From Bugula neritina (lineage: Eukaryota > Animalia > Bryozoa): a stretch of DNA of 64,000 nucleotides. Under the pieces are notes generated by a model. That model worked only from the letters and a program-made list of their open reading frames with translations. It made no database searches and was not told the origin of the DNA. Shown one piece after another: positions 1-10,527 of the stretch (position 1 is the first letter of the stretch; every line of letters starts with the position of its first letter). The stretch is from the NCBI GenBank assembly GCA_964035545.1, contig OZ037769.1, positions 7,235,929 to 7,299,928 of the forward strand, written 5' to 3'. The position numbers were made by a program, and so were the translations under genes.

Positions 1-42
1 AACCTATGGCAAGTTTCTAGGACCTAGGTAATAAAGACTAAC

Positions 43-1173
43 ATTTATAATAATTTGGTCTTTGGTGAGAGAAGTTCGATTCTTGTGCTTCAGTTGAAAA
101 AGAATTTCCTCCTTCTTCACCTTTGTGAAGTTGAACTTGTTGCTATCAAATGGTTGATTAACACTGAACATAGCCTGGGGTGGCCGTCTTTCTGTAGCCC
201 TTTTCTCATTTAACTGTAATTATGGTTTGTAATAAAACAGGGGGAAAGTGAACAGCAGGTGTTGTGAAGCAAAGCAATCTCACATTCAATTGCTTGCATT
301 ATGCAGTGGACTTCTCATTGGATGTTTGGGAACAGTTGCACCAAATGAAATTACAACCAAAACTTAATACAAACTGCAACCACAAATCCATCCATAGCTC
401 TCTACACATAACTATTTGAAGCAATGAAAATGCAGTGATTAAATAAAAATATCCATTTCATAATTCAATAGAAACAGTGATAAAATTGACAAATAAACAA
501 ACAAGTTCTACTCTGCAGCCACAAATCCATGTATGTATCCACTCAGTGATAATGTCAAATTTAAATTAAATAGGCTCAACAATTTATTTAATAATATACA
601 GGGCCACCTATTACAATTATTGCCAGCACCAAGCCTGCTGGGTTATACAACTACTATTTTATGAGACCACAACTTTATGCAGTTCAAACTGTTTGGGAAA
701 ACATGACTTGCCAATATTTACAATGAGCACCCAATTAATCCATACCATAGACAATACAACCAAATTACTCTTCAGAAATATGTATAATAAGGTGGCAAAC
801 TTACTAGGGCAACATATTTGTGAGGCCCTTCAATGTGTTTAGATTTTATATGGCCTAGATCATAGTTGAACAGTCCTTTCTGCATAGCTTTTTCCCATTT
901 GAAGATTAGCGTTTCATCAAACTGATAATTACAAGTGTAACCAAGTTAGACAAATAAGTTGAGAAAAAAGAATATGCTTTATTTATCTAATTTATAATTA
1001 CTTTATTTATAATTTAGGTGATCTTATTTTGCCTTTAGAATGCGACACGATTAAATTATTTTAATAATGAAGTTAATTTCATAAAATGGCTCACATACAT
1101 CACTTCTTGTAATCCGATCACCAGCTATTCTAAAATCCTCATCTCCATATATAAAGTAGTCATGTGTTGACAT
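43..1173 (-). CDS. GDPGP1: GDP-D-glucose phosphorylase 1 (VTC2/C15orf58 family), first three coding exons; gene continues beyond the left edge
   Basis: Exons 1173-1099, 921-805 and 213-43, all GT-AG and phase 0, splice to MSTHDYFIYGDEDFRIAGDRITRSD/FDETLIFKWEKAMQKGLFNYDLGHIKSKHIEGPHKYVAL/LNEKRATERRPPQAMFSVNQPFDSNKFNFTKVKKEEILFQL...IIIN. This matches the family motifs W..GLF.Y.L, LN..R...RRPPQ, FD...FNF.K and IN(VSP). Confidence 0.9.
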
Positions 1174-1719
1174 TCTGATTGTCTGAAATAGCATTTACTA
1201 AAATAAGTCAAAATATCAATGAATAGCTAAATTGTAGTTATATTAAGAGTTGCAAACCAATTAAATATTAACCTTATACAATGCCATTTGCTATGTAACT
1301 ACAATATGGTTATTGGTAATATCATAAACTTATTTATTACAACACAATCGATACCCAGTTATCATAATTCATATGCTTATACTTATAGTCTAGCTGACAC
1401 AAAGTTATTGACTTTTACAACATTAGCCTCAAGATTTAATAAATTAAAACATAATTTGTACAACACAGAATCCCCACAGGAAAACTGTAATTTCAAGTAG
1501 ACGACAGGGTAAAATGGTTCAAGTTGTGAACAGAGTCACTGTCAAAGTTTTGTAACTTATATTTAATAATTATTCGAATAACTATGAGTATAAGAGTAAG
1601 ACTAACACTTTAACAGTAACAGTAACTCACTAATTCTAAGAGTACGAGTAAGTCAAAGCGTTAGCTAAGCCTACGGGTTACACTTACAGTTACACTTGCA
1701 CAGCCAGTGTCACACTCAC

Positions 1720-1900
1720 TGTAGCAGTGCTGGGAACGGAGAAGCCACGGATGTCAAACTTATCCTTGTCCAACGCTTGTGCAAGTCAAAGACGTGGCTG
1801 TAATGATTGTCATTGGCAGTCACAGTGAGTGTGAAAACATCAAGTGAAATGCGAGTGGAACCAACGTGACAGAACCATGAGAAACTTTGAACCAGGCGCC
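1720..1900 (-). other. Probable non-coding 5' UTR exon of GDPGP1 containing short AUG uORFs
   Basis: Locally GC-richer island ending at donor ACA|GTGAGT (1720/1719). There is an acceptor TTTCAG 9 nt before the ATG at 1173, and no in-frame upstream ATG after splicing. The 5' boundary is approximate. Confidence 0.55.
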
Positions 1901-2404
1901 ACAACAATTTAAAAGCCACGCCCGCTGCGGTTGCAAACAATAATCGAAACTATTGCTATTGTTTACAATGACCCAATCACTACTTATGATTATTTACATT
2001 CGATCTAGCAGCAGAATTGGGATCAGTGTCACTGAGATTGTAATCCAACTGGTTGGCACGAGAAGGCTTTACTTATAGTAAAAATAGAGTTATCTCCCTT
2101 AAAAAATATATCCATGACAATAATGCTTTAGATGGCTATAGAGTTATCTTCTTTTTCAGGGAGAGCCTAGATGGCATATGCATGCTGATGCGTCTCGTTG
2201 CTTGGCATGATGATGAAGAGAACCTCAATTTGAATCCAGATTCAATAGAACTTTAAAAGTATAGAAATTGGTGCACATTTTCTTTTTGTAAAGTTGAATG
2301 CAAATTTTTTTTAACAAGCCTTTAATGAACTGTAAAATAACAATAAATTGCAAGTTACAACAGATCATGTATTGAATCAACTGAGGTAATAAAGTTACTG
2401 AGGT

Positions 2405-2640
2405 AATACTAAATCTAATACTATTAGTATTAGATTTAATATTACTATTAGTATTAGTATTAGTAATAGTAATACTAATAGTAATAGTAATACTAATAGT
2501 AATAGTAATACTAATAGTAATACTAATACTAATAGTAATACTAATAGTAATACTAATAGTAATACTAACATCAATATTATTATAATGTTAATATCAAGCA
2601 ATACCAATAGTAATACTAATAGTAATAGTAATATCATAAC
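2405..2640. repeat. Degenerate (AGTAAT/ACTAAT)n hexamer simple repeat
   Basis: Directly visible; explains the spurious poly-Leu ORF 2395-2643. Confidence 0.9.
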
Positions 2641-2952
2641 CATTATGATTATCCGTATGGCATATCGGCTATCACTATCAGTATGAGTATTGCCATTGTC
2701 ATTGTGTTTGTCATACTGATACTCAGGGACAATGCGAATCTAATACTCATAGTAAATGTATTAGTTAAAGTTAGACTGATACTGATGGTCATACTGATAG
2801 TGATACTCAATCTCACAGAGTTAGACTGCTAGTCATAGAGTGAGTCATACTCATAGTCATACTCTCATACTTCATAGCGATGGAGATAGTGATACTGATA
2901 TTCATACAGTGATACTGATAGTATCAATCATATTTTGATTTACTATCAGTAT

Positions 2953-5269
2953 TGTTTTGTGTTGTTTTGTGTTATTGTTTCAGCTATCGTGAAAGAGAGA
3001 GAACATGCTCAAGTTAGTTGATTAACGGAAGAGGCCTAAGCGGTGATTTATTACCACAATATATAATACAAGATAATACGAAAATTATTACAAGATAAGT
3101 GAGACAATTGATTATTATGGTTATGCAAAAAATAGTAAATTAATAATATAACATTACAAATAAATGTTTACATAAATACCGAACATATCCCACAGAATAG
3201 AAAGAGGCTAGTTAGGTACAAATGTTCAAGTGGGCACATAGTCTGCCCATCCAACTAGGGGGCTTCTGTTCTCTGGTTGAGTGCCGTAGGTTGTCGCTAT
3301 GATTGGCGCTCTCGGTGGTTTCAACCTAGGTGGTACTAGCATTTCGTTCAAGATCCTTTGGTGTCTCAGGACTCGCTGGCTCCGTGACAAGCGGTCTGAT
3401 ATCTCGCCAGTTTCTCCGAAAGAGGTTGTTGTTGAGCTGTACGGCATAGGCTCTGCTAGTCAATTGTTTGTTAATCTGTGCCTCCTGCCATTTTCTCCGG
3501 TGCTGCCTCCAGTCCCGAACCAAAACTGGTTGCCCTTCTTTCAGCACTGCCAAATCTCTTGCACCGTCATTAAATCTCTGCTGCAGTTTTTCGTTGCGGC
3601 TCTGCTTTGCCCACCAACCTTGATTGTCCTCTGTTTCTGGCTTGACTTGTGGTAGAACTGACCTGGTGGGCTTTCCAATTAGTTGTTGAATTGGGCTGGC
3701 CGTCAGGTCTTCTTTGGTGGTATTGAGATGTTCTAGCAAAGCAAGTTCGGGCTCTTCACATCTGCGGAGTATGCGTTTAATTATCTTCACAGCAGACTCT
3801 GCCTTTCCATTAGATTGAGGATGATATGGAGAGCGGGTGGTGTGTCTGAAATTCCATGATTGGATAAAAGTAGAAAACTGGTGTGAAGTAAACTGTGGTT
3901 CGTTGTCAGTGTGAACCTGTTTGAGTATTCCCAGTCTTCCAAAACAGCCCTTTATAGAGTTGATTACAGTCTCTGCTGTTTGGTTGTTCAGTTGGTCGTA
4001 TTCAAGGTAGTCAGTCGTATAGTCAACAATAGTAATGTAATGAGTGTGGTTATATTCAAACAAGTCGATTCCTACTTTTGTCCAGGGTTGTTGGGGAACT
4101 GTGTGGAGTAAAAGTGTTTTCTTCTGTTGCCGGGGAGCATCCATTTGACATTGTTGACAGCTAGCAATATTGTTTTTGATTTCCTTGGTGATGCCAAGCC
4201 AGAACACTGTGTGACGGGCACGTCTTAGTGTGGAGTTAATTCCATTATGGCCAGTGTGAAGTAGTTGGAGAAACTTTCTCTGGAGTGCCTTTGGAATAAT
4301 GGCTCTTAGCCCTTTGTAAACAATGCCATTGTCAATAGATAGTTCATCCTAAAAGTGTTTGTACCTATCATGAGTTGTGCAGTTGGAAATGTTCCAGTCA
4401 TGTTTGTCAGTGTTGTAAGTTCATTGTCCTGTGCAGTAGCAGTCCTGATGTTGTTAATCAAGTCGTCACAAACAGGAGCATCATCATTTTGAAAGTCAAT
4501 GGGGAAGATGTTTTCTGGTAGTTGTTGATAGTTGGGAGAGTCAAAGTATGAGTCTCTTGAGAGTGAGTCAGCCGTGATCTGTTCAGCACCCTTTTGCCAA
4601 GTTACCTTAATGTTAGGGTATCTTTGTAAGTGAAGAAGCATAGCCTGCAATGGTATGTAGTTCAGTCAAAAATTTGTCAATAATTCTATTCCCTTGCTTA
4701 CAAGTCAGTAGTGAGTGAGTCTTAGCGACTAAATTTATTCTTGGCTTGCAGTAGTCATCAAATTGCGTCACAACTTTGTCGTAGTCAGTCTTGTCATCGT
4801 TGTCAGTGCAGTTAAAAGATTCGTTTATTTGGTTGCCTCGGCGCCCGATAGTTCTTAGTAGGTATGCAGTTTTCACTTTGCCTTCGGCTGTATCTTTCAA
4901 TGTGGCAGTTAAAAAAAGTTCAAAGTTACGTTTAAAATCTTCCACTCCTCAGGTAGATTCGGTCCATCTGCTAATGGTTTCGGCGCTAGTAATTGCTCCA
5001 TATTGTCTCAGTGTAATAATAATAATAATTAAACTCGGGGCACCATGTTTTGTGTTATTGTTTCAGCTATTGTGAAAGAGAGAGAACGTGCTCAAGTTAG
5101 TTGATTAACGGAAGAGGCTGAAGCCGTGATTTATTACCAAAATATATAATACAAGATAGTACTAAAATTATTGCAAGATAAGTGAGACAATTGATTATTA
5201 TGATTATGCACAAAAATAGTAAATTAATAAAATAACATTACAAATAAATGTTTACATGAATACCGAACA
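2953..5269 (-). mobile_element. Internally deleted Ty3/Gypsy LTR retrotransposon (Mag-like), non-autonomous
   Basis: LTRs at 2953-3185 and 5046-5269 (TG...CA, several mismatches). 5-bp TSD AGTAT at 2948-2952 and 5270-5274. PBS TGGTGCCCCGAGT follows the 5' LTR. The gag N-terminus is joined directly to the RNase H C-terminus and integrase. Confidence 0.9.
3326..5001 (-). pseudogene. Broken gag/RNase H/integrase remnant of the deleted Gypsy element
   Basis: The gag fragment starts MEQLLAPKPL at 5001 and is frameshifted into FKRNFELFLTAT. It is followed by the RNase H end (QAMLLHLQRY...KG...ADSLSR) and integrase (C..CQ, PW.KVGIDLF, VDY, TDN.PQF, PYHPQSNGKAESAVK). Protease and RT are absent. Confidence 0.85.
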
Positions 5270-6949
5270 AGTATAGGTATTAGTGATACTGATACTCATA
5301 ATAAAAGTCATAGAATTGCAATTAGTGTTAGTATTGATGATTATAAAGCCCAAAGTCAATTATTGAGTCAATATCATATAATTCTATGAACTATTACCAT
5401 GTCATACTGTTATTAATAGTAATTCTAAGTACTACATAGAGTCAGTATTATTATGACTGTATTATTATGAGTATCAGTATGCCTCTGGCCATTGGCATAA
5501 CTCAATATGATTCTAACATTACTATTACTATTGGTATAAAATTATCTATTAGCAATATAAAGACAGCTTACACTTACAGTTACTACTAGTACTTATAACT
5601 TAGTAACACTATCACTATGACTAACAGTAACATTAACTGTTTGTTAAAGTGCTAATTACTGAGTTACTCAGTTAATGACGAAGTAGTGATACTCATACTG
5701 TAACTATGTCTATAGCTCTCTTCGAATTTCATAACCCTTGGTTTGTAGCTCTGTCTTACAGTGCTGTGAAAAGTTTAAGGACGCCTCATTGTTTTTCATA
5801 ATTGCAATGTTCCAAGCTAATTTTGCGACATAACAAAAGCATTTCCATAGGCATGGTGCCTATCAAAATGATCCTTAGGATCTCCTTATCTCATTTATAT
5901 AAATTATTTGTGTCTCTTTTTACCTCCTCCAAAAATTTGGGTAAAGCAATGAGCTACTATGCATATATGGGAATTATTCGATGCTCTCACAATTTGTGTG
6001 TACTGTATGACATCAGAATATTTTATTTGAAATATAGAAAAATATTACATGTGATTTGTTATACACCTTATAGCAGCATTGCAACACACAGTACTTTAAA
6101 TTTTAGCATCAATATTTTGTTGGCCAGCCTTTATTCTTAATCACAAGTCGGCTGGATGAGGCATTGACTCATACAACTTCTCCAACTCGTCTTCAGTCAC
6201 GACATGATGCCATGCATGAATTACAGACTCTATGAGTGTCACCTTAGTTGTTGGCTTCTTTGAAGAGACTATTTTAGCCATTTTTTGGCAATAAATTTTC
6301 TATTGAGTTCAAATCGGGCTTTGTGCTGGCCAGTTAAGCGTTGAGACCCTCTGCAATTTCATCCACTCTTCAATAGTCTTTACCCAATGGCATGGTGCAT
6401 TGTCATCTTGAAATATGTAAACTTCATTTAAAAAAAAGTTTAGCATTAAATGTCTATATATTTTTGGGAATTTATCATTCCAAAGCAAATACTGAGTTGA
6501 TCTACAGCCTACACCTTTTTATGTTATACAACCCCAGAACATAACACTGATAGGGTGCTTAATTGTTGAAAGTATACATTGGGGGCTACATTGCTCATAC
6601 TGGTATCTTTTACCAAAACAGTTTCCAGCATGATTGTTCACATTAGATGTGGATTCATCTGAAAAAGTTAGTCATTTCCAATCATTCACTGTCCAACTAG
6701 CATGCTCCCTAGCCCATCGTAACCAGTTTTTTTGCTGCTTTTCGGTTAGTAGAGGCTTCCTTCTTGCTTTGCAGCCACGTAGACCATGGCTCAGCAGTCT
6801 TCGCCTTATCAGGGATGTCGAAGCTGTTGTTCTGGTTGATTCTGACCATTCTTTTGTCTTGTCTTGTCTTGTCTTGTCTTGTCTTGATTTAGTTCCAAGA
6901 CCCCAAATAGGGGAAAGGTGGAACTATCGGATGTTCAGGTCTTTTTTTA

Positions 6950-9793
6950 TTAGTCTGCTAGTGTTTCTCCCGTGCGTAGTTCACGGGCTGTTCTAATGAG
7001 GAAGCTATGCAGGAAATTATTAGTATTACATGATATTGAATTAAAAGAGTTACTGTCCCCAATATTGGTATTACGGAGAGATTTCATGGAGTTAAGAGTG
7101 TTAATTAGGTTAGGGAAGAATGCTTCATGCTGCAACACTTTGAGGAATAGCGTGAACCTGTGTTCTTGTCTAGATTTATTTAAAGCCTTTAAGTTTAACT
7201 CCGCCTTGGATTCGGTCACTGAGACATCCCAGCCTTTTAAGTTTTTTACAAAACGTACTGCCTTGTTTTGAACTTTCTCTAGATTGTTGCTTAGCATGAG
7301 ATGTGCAGGATCCCAAATTTCGCAGGCATACTCTAGAAGCGGTCTACACAGGGTAGTGTATGCTATGAGCTTAACTTTAACTGGAGCATCATAGAGTACA
7401 TTTTTGATTAATCCTAAAATATGCATTGCTTTATTGACTACTGAGTTTATGTGATAATCCCACTTTAGATCATGTACCAAATAGATTCCTAGGTATTTTA
7501 CACAGCTACTTTGTACTAATTGTTCGTTGCTCAAATAATAAGTGTGCGTTATAGGTTTAGGGCTTTTATCAAACACAATGATGTTGCTTTTTGTTGCATT
7601 GAATTTCATGGAGTTTTTAATACTCCAGTTGTGTAGAGCGTTAAGGTCATTTTGCAAATTTTCCTTGTCTTCGTCTTTAGATATATGCGTATATAGTATA
7701 GTGTCATCCGCGAAGAGCCTTACAGTGCAGTATTTTACACATTTAGTGATGTCATTAATGAAAAGTGTGAAAAGTGCAGGCCCTAAAACGCTACCTTGAG
7801 GGACACCTGAAGTAACAGCTACAGCATCAGATTTGTGGCCTTTAATCACCACTCTCTGAAAACGACTGGTTAGAAACGAGGATATCCATTTTACTAAAAG
7901 AGGATTTACTTTGTACTCAATAAGTTTCTGAATCAACAGATGATGGGGAACTAAATCAAAGGCCTTAGAGAAATCTAGCACTGCCGTATGTGTAGCCATT
8001 CCATTGTCCATATTACTCAATATGTCATGTGTTAGGCAGGCCAATTGAGTTGTGCAAGACAGGTGACTTCTAAAACCATGCTGGTTTATGGACAGGATCT
8101 CATTCAATTTGTTTTGCATAAGGTGAAGTATAATGTGCTCCATCATTTTACAGACTATTGATGTTAAGGATATTGGTCTATAGTTAGAGGGCAACTCACG
8201 ATTTCCTTGTTTGAATATTGGTGTGACATGAGCCAGCTTCCACTCTGATGGAAGTGTACCTGTTGTTAATGTATAGTTGTAGATGGAAGCTAATAGGGAA
8301 GAAATAATTTCAGGGGAGAGCAGTAGCTTTTGTTTGCTAGTAGAGTCTGGCCCTGAAGCTTTACCATTTTTGAGAGACTTAATCAATTTTAACACACCTT
8401 CAGAAGTTACTAATATGTTATCTGCATCAGTTGGAGCCGGAGCTTCTGGGAGCACACATGCTGGTGTAAAAACACTGTGAAAATACAAGTTCAAAGTATT
8501 TGCAATGTCAGATAAATCATTAGAGCTGGTCTTTTCACTAATTTGAATGCTTTGAATACTGTTATTGTTGCCTTTAATTTCTTTAACATATCTGTAAAAA
8601 GGTTTCGAGTCTCCATTTGCCAATGGGTAGTATAACTTTTCACACATGAAGTCTTTTTTGAGTATTTTAAATAGTTTTTTGTTTTCACGCCTTAGTTTTT
8701 TGTATTTGTCAAATAAAACAGAATCACCTGTGAGCTTGTATCGTGAGTAAAGTTTTCTTTGCTTGTTGCAAGCTCTTTGAGCATCTTTATTAAACCAAAC
8801 AGGTTGAAAATGTTTTCTAGGTTTAAATTGCTTTTTAGGTACATGGTCAGTTATTGCCGAATGTAATCCATTTCTAAATGTAGACCAAACAGTATCAATG
8901 GGCTGTATATCGTTTATTAGAGAGTTCACTTCTGAGAGCAAGGCTGCCATTGAGGAATCAAAACCGTTTCTATTTATTTTGTGATACACAAAAGTATAAC
9001 TATCTTCTACACTTTCTTTAAACTTTTGGGGTGCTTTTATTGAGCATTCAATCATAAAGTGATCACTGACACCTGGTTGGATTACATTTAAGTCGCAAAT
9101 TAAATGTTTAGAATTAGTGCAAAGAAGGTCAAGTATATTGCCAGCTATATGAGTTGGCTCATTAACAATTTGATCCATGTCTAATTCCGATAACAAATCT
9201 ATGAAGTCATTGTAAAAAGATCTCCAACTGTTAGAGAAAGTGAAGTCATTCCAATTGATGCCAGGTAAATTAAAATCGCCAGTTAGAACTATTGTTGACC
9301 CTGGAAAAAGTTTTTTGATTTTTGACATGTAATCTACAAGTGGTTTAATGTTGTATGTTGAAGGCGGTCTGTAGTATGTTACCAAAATATAAGGAGCTAC
9401 GTTAGATTCAAAATTAAACTTGATTGCTGTTATTTCTGCTTCAGATGGTATATCTATTGGAGAATGTGAGATTTGCGAATTAACAGCTATTAGTACACCC
9501 CCTCCATATTCATTCCTATCTTTTCTGTAAACCAGTTTGTTATTTGGATGGAAGATTTGAGCATTAGCATAGGATGGGTTTAAATGAGTTTCAGTGATAG
9601 ACATCACATCGTAGTCAGAGGCTATAGCTTGTAATTCAGCAATTTTACCTTTGATTGACCTTGCATTGATGCTAATTAATCTGTAGATATTTTGACTATT
9701 TGGTTTTTCTGTATTTTGTATGTGCTTAGAGGATCCTGTTTTCTTACGTCTCTTAACTGTTGCCTCAACTGAAAATCCTTGTTTTGCTCTTCT
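6950..9793 (-). CDS. LINE ORF2: apurinic endonuclease plus reverse transcriptase (open frame of 947 sense codons)
   Basis: Motifs INARS, ITETHL, GGGV, YRPP, GDFN, LDL and SDH (APE), then YRPISLTS, QHGF, LDFSKAFD, GVPQGSVLGP, FADD and YLG (RT). No stops. The frame is open upstream of the ORF-track start as far as 9793. Confidence 0.95.
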   Translation of the reverse strand, partial: RRAKQGFSVEATVKRRKKTGSSKHIQNTEKPNSQNIYRLISINARSIKGKIAELQAIASDYDVMSITETHLNPSYANAQIFHPNNKLVYRKDRNEYGGGVLIAVNSQISHSPIDIPSEAEITAIKFNFESNVAPYILVTYYRPPSTYNIKPLVDYMSKIKKLFPGSTIVLTGDFNLPGINWNDFTFSNSWRSFYNDFIDLLSELDMDQIVNEPTHIAGNILDLLCTNSKHLICDLNVIQPGVSDHFMIECSIKAPQKFKESVEDSYTFVYHKINRNGFDSSMAALLSEVNSLINDIQPIDTVWSTFRNGLHSAITDHVPKKQFKPRKHFQPVWFNKDAQRACNKQRKLYSRYKLTGDSVLFDKYKKLRRENKKLFKILKKDFMCEKLYYPLANGDSKPFYRYVKEIKGNNNSIQSIQISEKTSSNDLSDIANTLNLYFHSVFTPACVLPEAPAPTDADNILVTSEGVLKLIKSLKNGKASGPDSTSKQKLLLSPEIISSLLASIYNYTLTTGTLPSEWKLAHVTPIFKQGNRELPSNYRPISLTSIVCKMMEHIILHLMQNKLNEILSINQHGFRSHLSCTTQLACLTHDILSNMDNGMATHTAVLDFSKAFDLVPHHLLIQKLIEYKVNPLLVKWISSFLTSRFQRVVIKGHKSDAVAVTSGVPQGSVLGPALFTLFINDITKCVKYCTVRLFADDTILYTHISKDEDKENLQNDLNALHNWSIKNSMKFNATKSNIIVFDKSPKPITHTYYLSNEQLVQSSCVKYLGIYLVHDLKWDYHINSVVNKAMHILGLIKNVLYDAPVKVKLIAYTTLCRPLLEYACEIWDPAHLMLSNNLEKVQNKAVRFVKNLKGWDVSVTESKAELNLKALNKSRQEHRFTLFLKVLQHEAFFPNLINTLNSMKSLRNTNIGDSNSFNSISCNTNNFLHSFLIRTARELRTGETLAD

Positions 9794-10527
9794 TTAGTTA
9801 AGTCTAGGCGTGCAAAAGTACCTGGTACTTTGAGATTGTTGATACGTTTTAAACGTTCCCACTTGTCAAACTCTGAGTCAAGTGAGAGTCTAACAGGTCG
9901 AGGTTTATCTACTTTTTTAGCCCCTAGTCTAATAGTATTAGATTTTGTGGCATTAAACATAAAACTACACTCAGAAATCATAGAATTTACCAGTTCGACT
10001 GTGTCAGCAGGGGATGATTCACCCTCATTAATGCCAAATATGATGACATTCCTCGCTCTGTTTTCAGTTGATAAATCATTTCTAAGATTTTTTATTTGTT
10101 TTTCTTGGTCTTTTATACATTTCTCTTGGTCATTTAGATGCCTGCTTAAAACACCTTCAGATTTTTCAATTTTGGAAACTACACTAGCATATGTTTTATC
10201 ACTCTTGGACTCTTGTGTGTCAATAAAAGTTTCAAGCTTTGTTTCTAATGCTTTAAACCTAGAGTCAATCGATTTGAGAACATGATCACACTTATCACAA
10301 AACCAGTGGATTCCCCTCTTTTCAATTGTGTTCATGTCACTCGCATCTAAGTCCACGCATCTAATATGAAACCAGTTAAAGCAGGACTCACACTCGATCG
10401 TTAAGTCACTCAGGGTTTTATTGCACTTTTCACATTTTGATTTTTCAGTATTTTTCCTGCTACTAGCAGTATCACCAGAGGCAACACTGTCCACACGACC
10501 TCTTCTTGTTTGCGTTTTGGGGGGCAT
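9676..10527 (-). CDS. LINE ORF1: PHD finger, coiled coil and RRM-like region
   Basis: CEKC...CESC..WFH..C...WFCDKC PHD finger; NVIIFGI and RLG...PRP motifs typical of CR1-group ORF1; 283 aa, intact. Confidence 0.9.
   Translation of the reverse strand: MPPKTQTRRGRVDSVASGDTASSRKNTEKSKCEKCNKTLSDLTIECESCFNWFHIRCVDLDASDMNTIEKRGIHWFCDKCDHVLKSIDSRFKALETKLETFIDTQESKSDKTYASVVSKIEKSEGVLSRHLNDQEKCIKDQEKQIKNLRNDLSTENRARNVIIFGINEGESSPADTVELVNSMISECSFMFNATKSNTIRLGAKKVDKPRPVRLSLDSEFDKWERLKRINNLKVPGTFARLDLTKEEQNKDFQLRQQLRDVRKQDPLSTYKIQKNQIVKISTD

Noticed and set aside
2053-2256. 67-aa ORF with EGFTYSKNR, reminiscent of FLYWCH/MULE fragments
   Set aside because: Too short, non-ATG start, and no further motif or termini to support it.
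2395-2643. Poly-Leu hydrophobic ORF
   Set aside because: Translation of a hexamer simple repeat.
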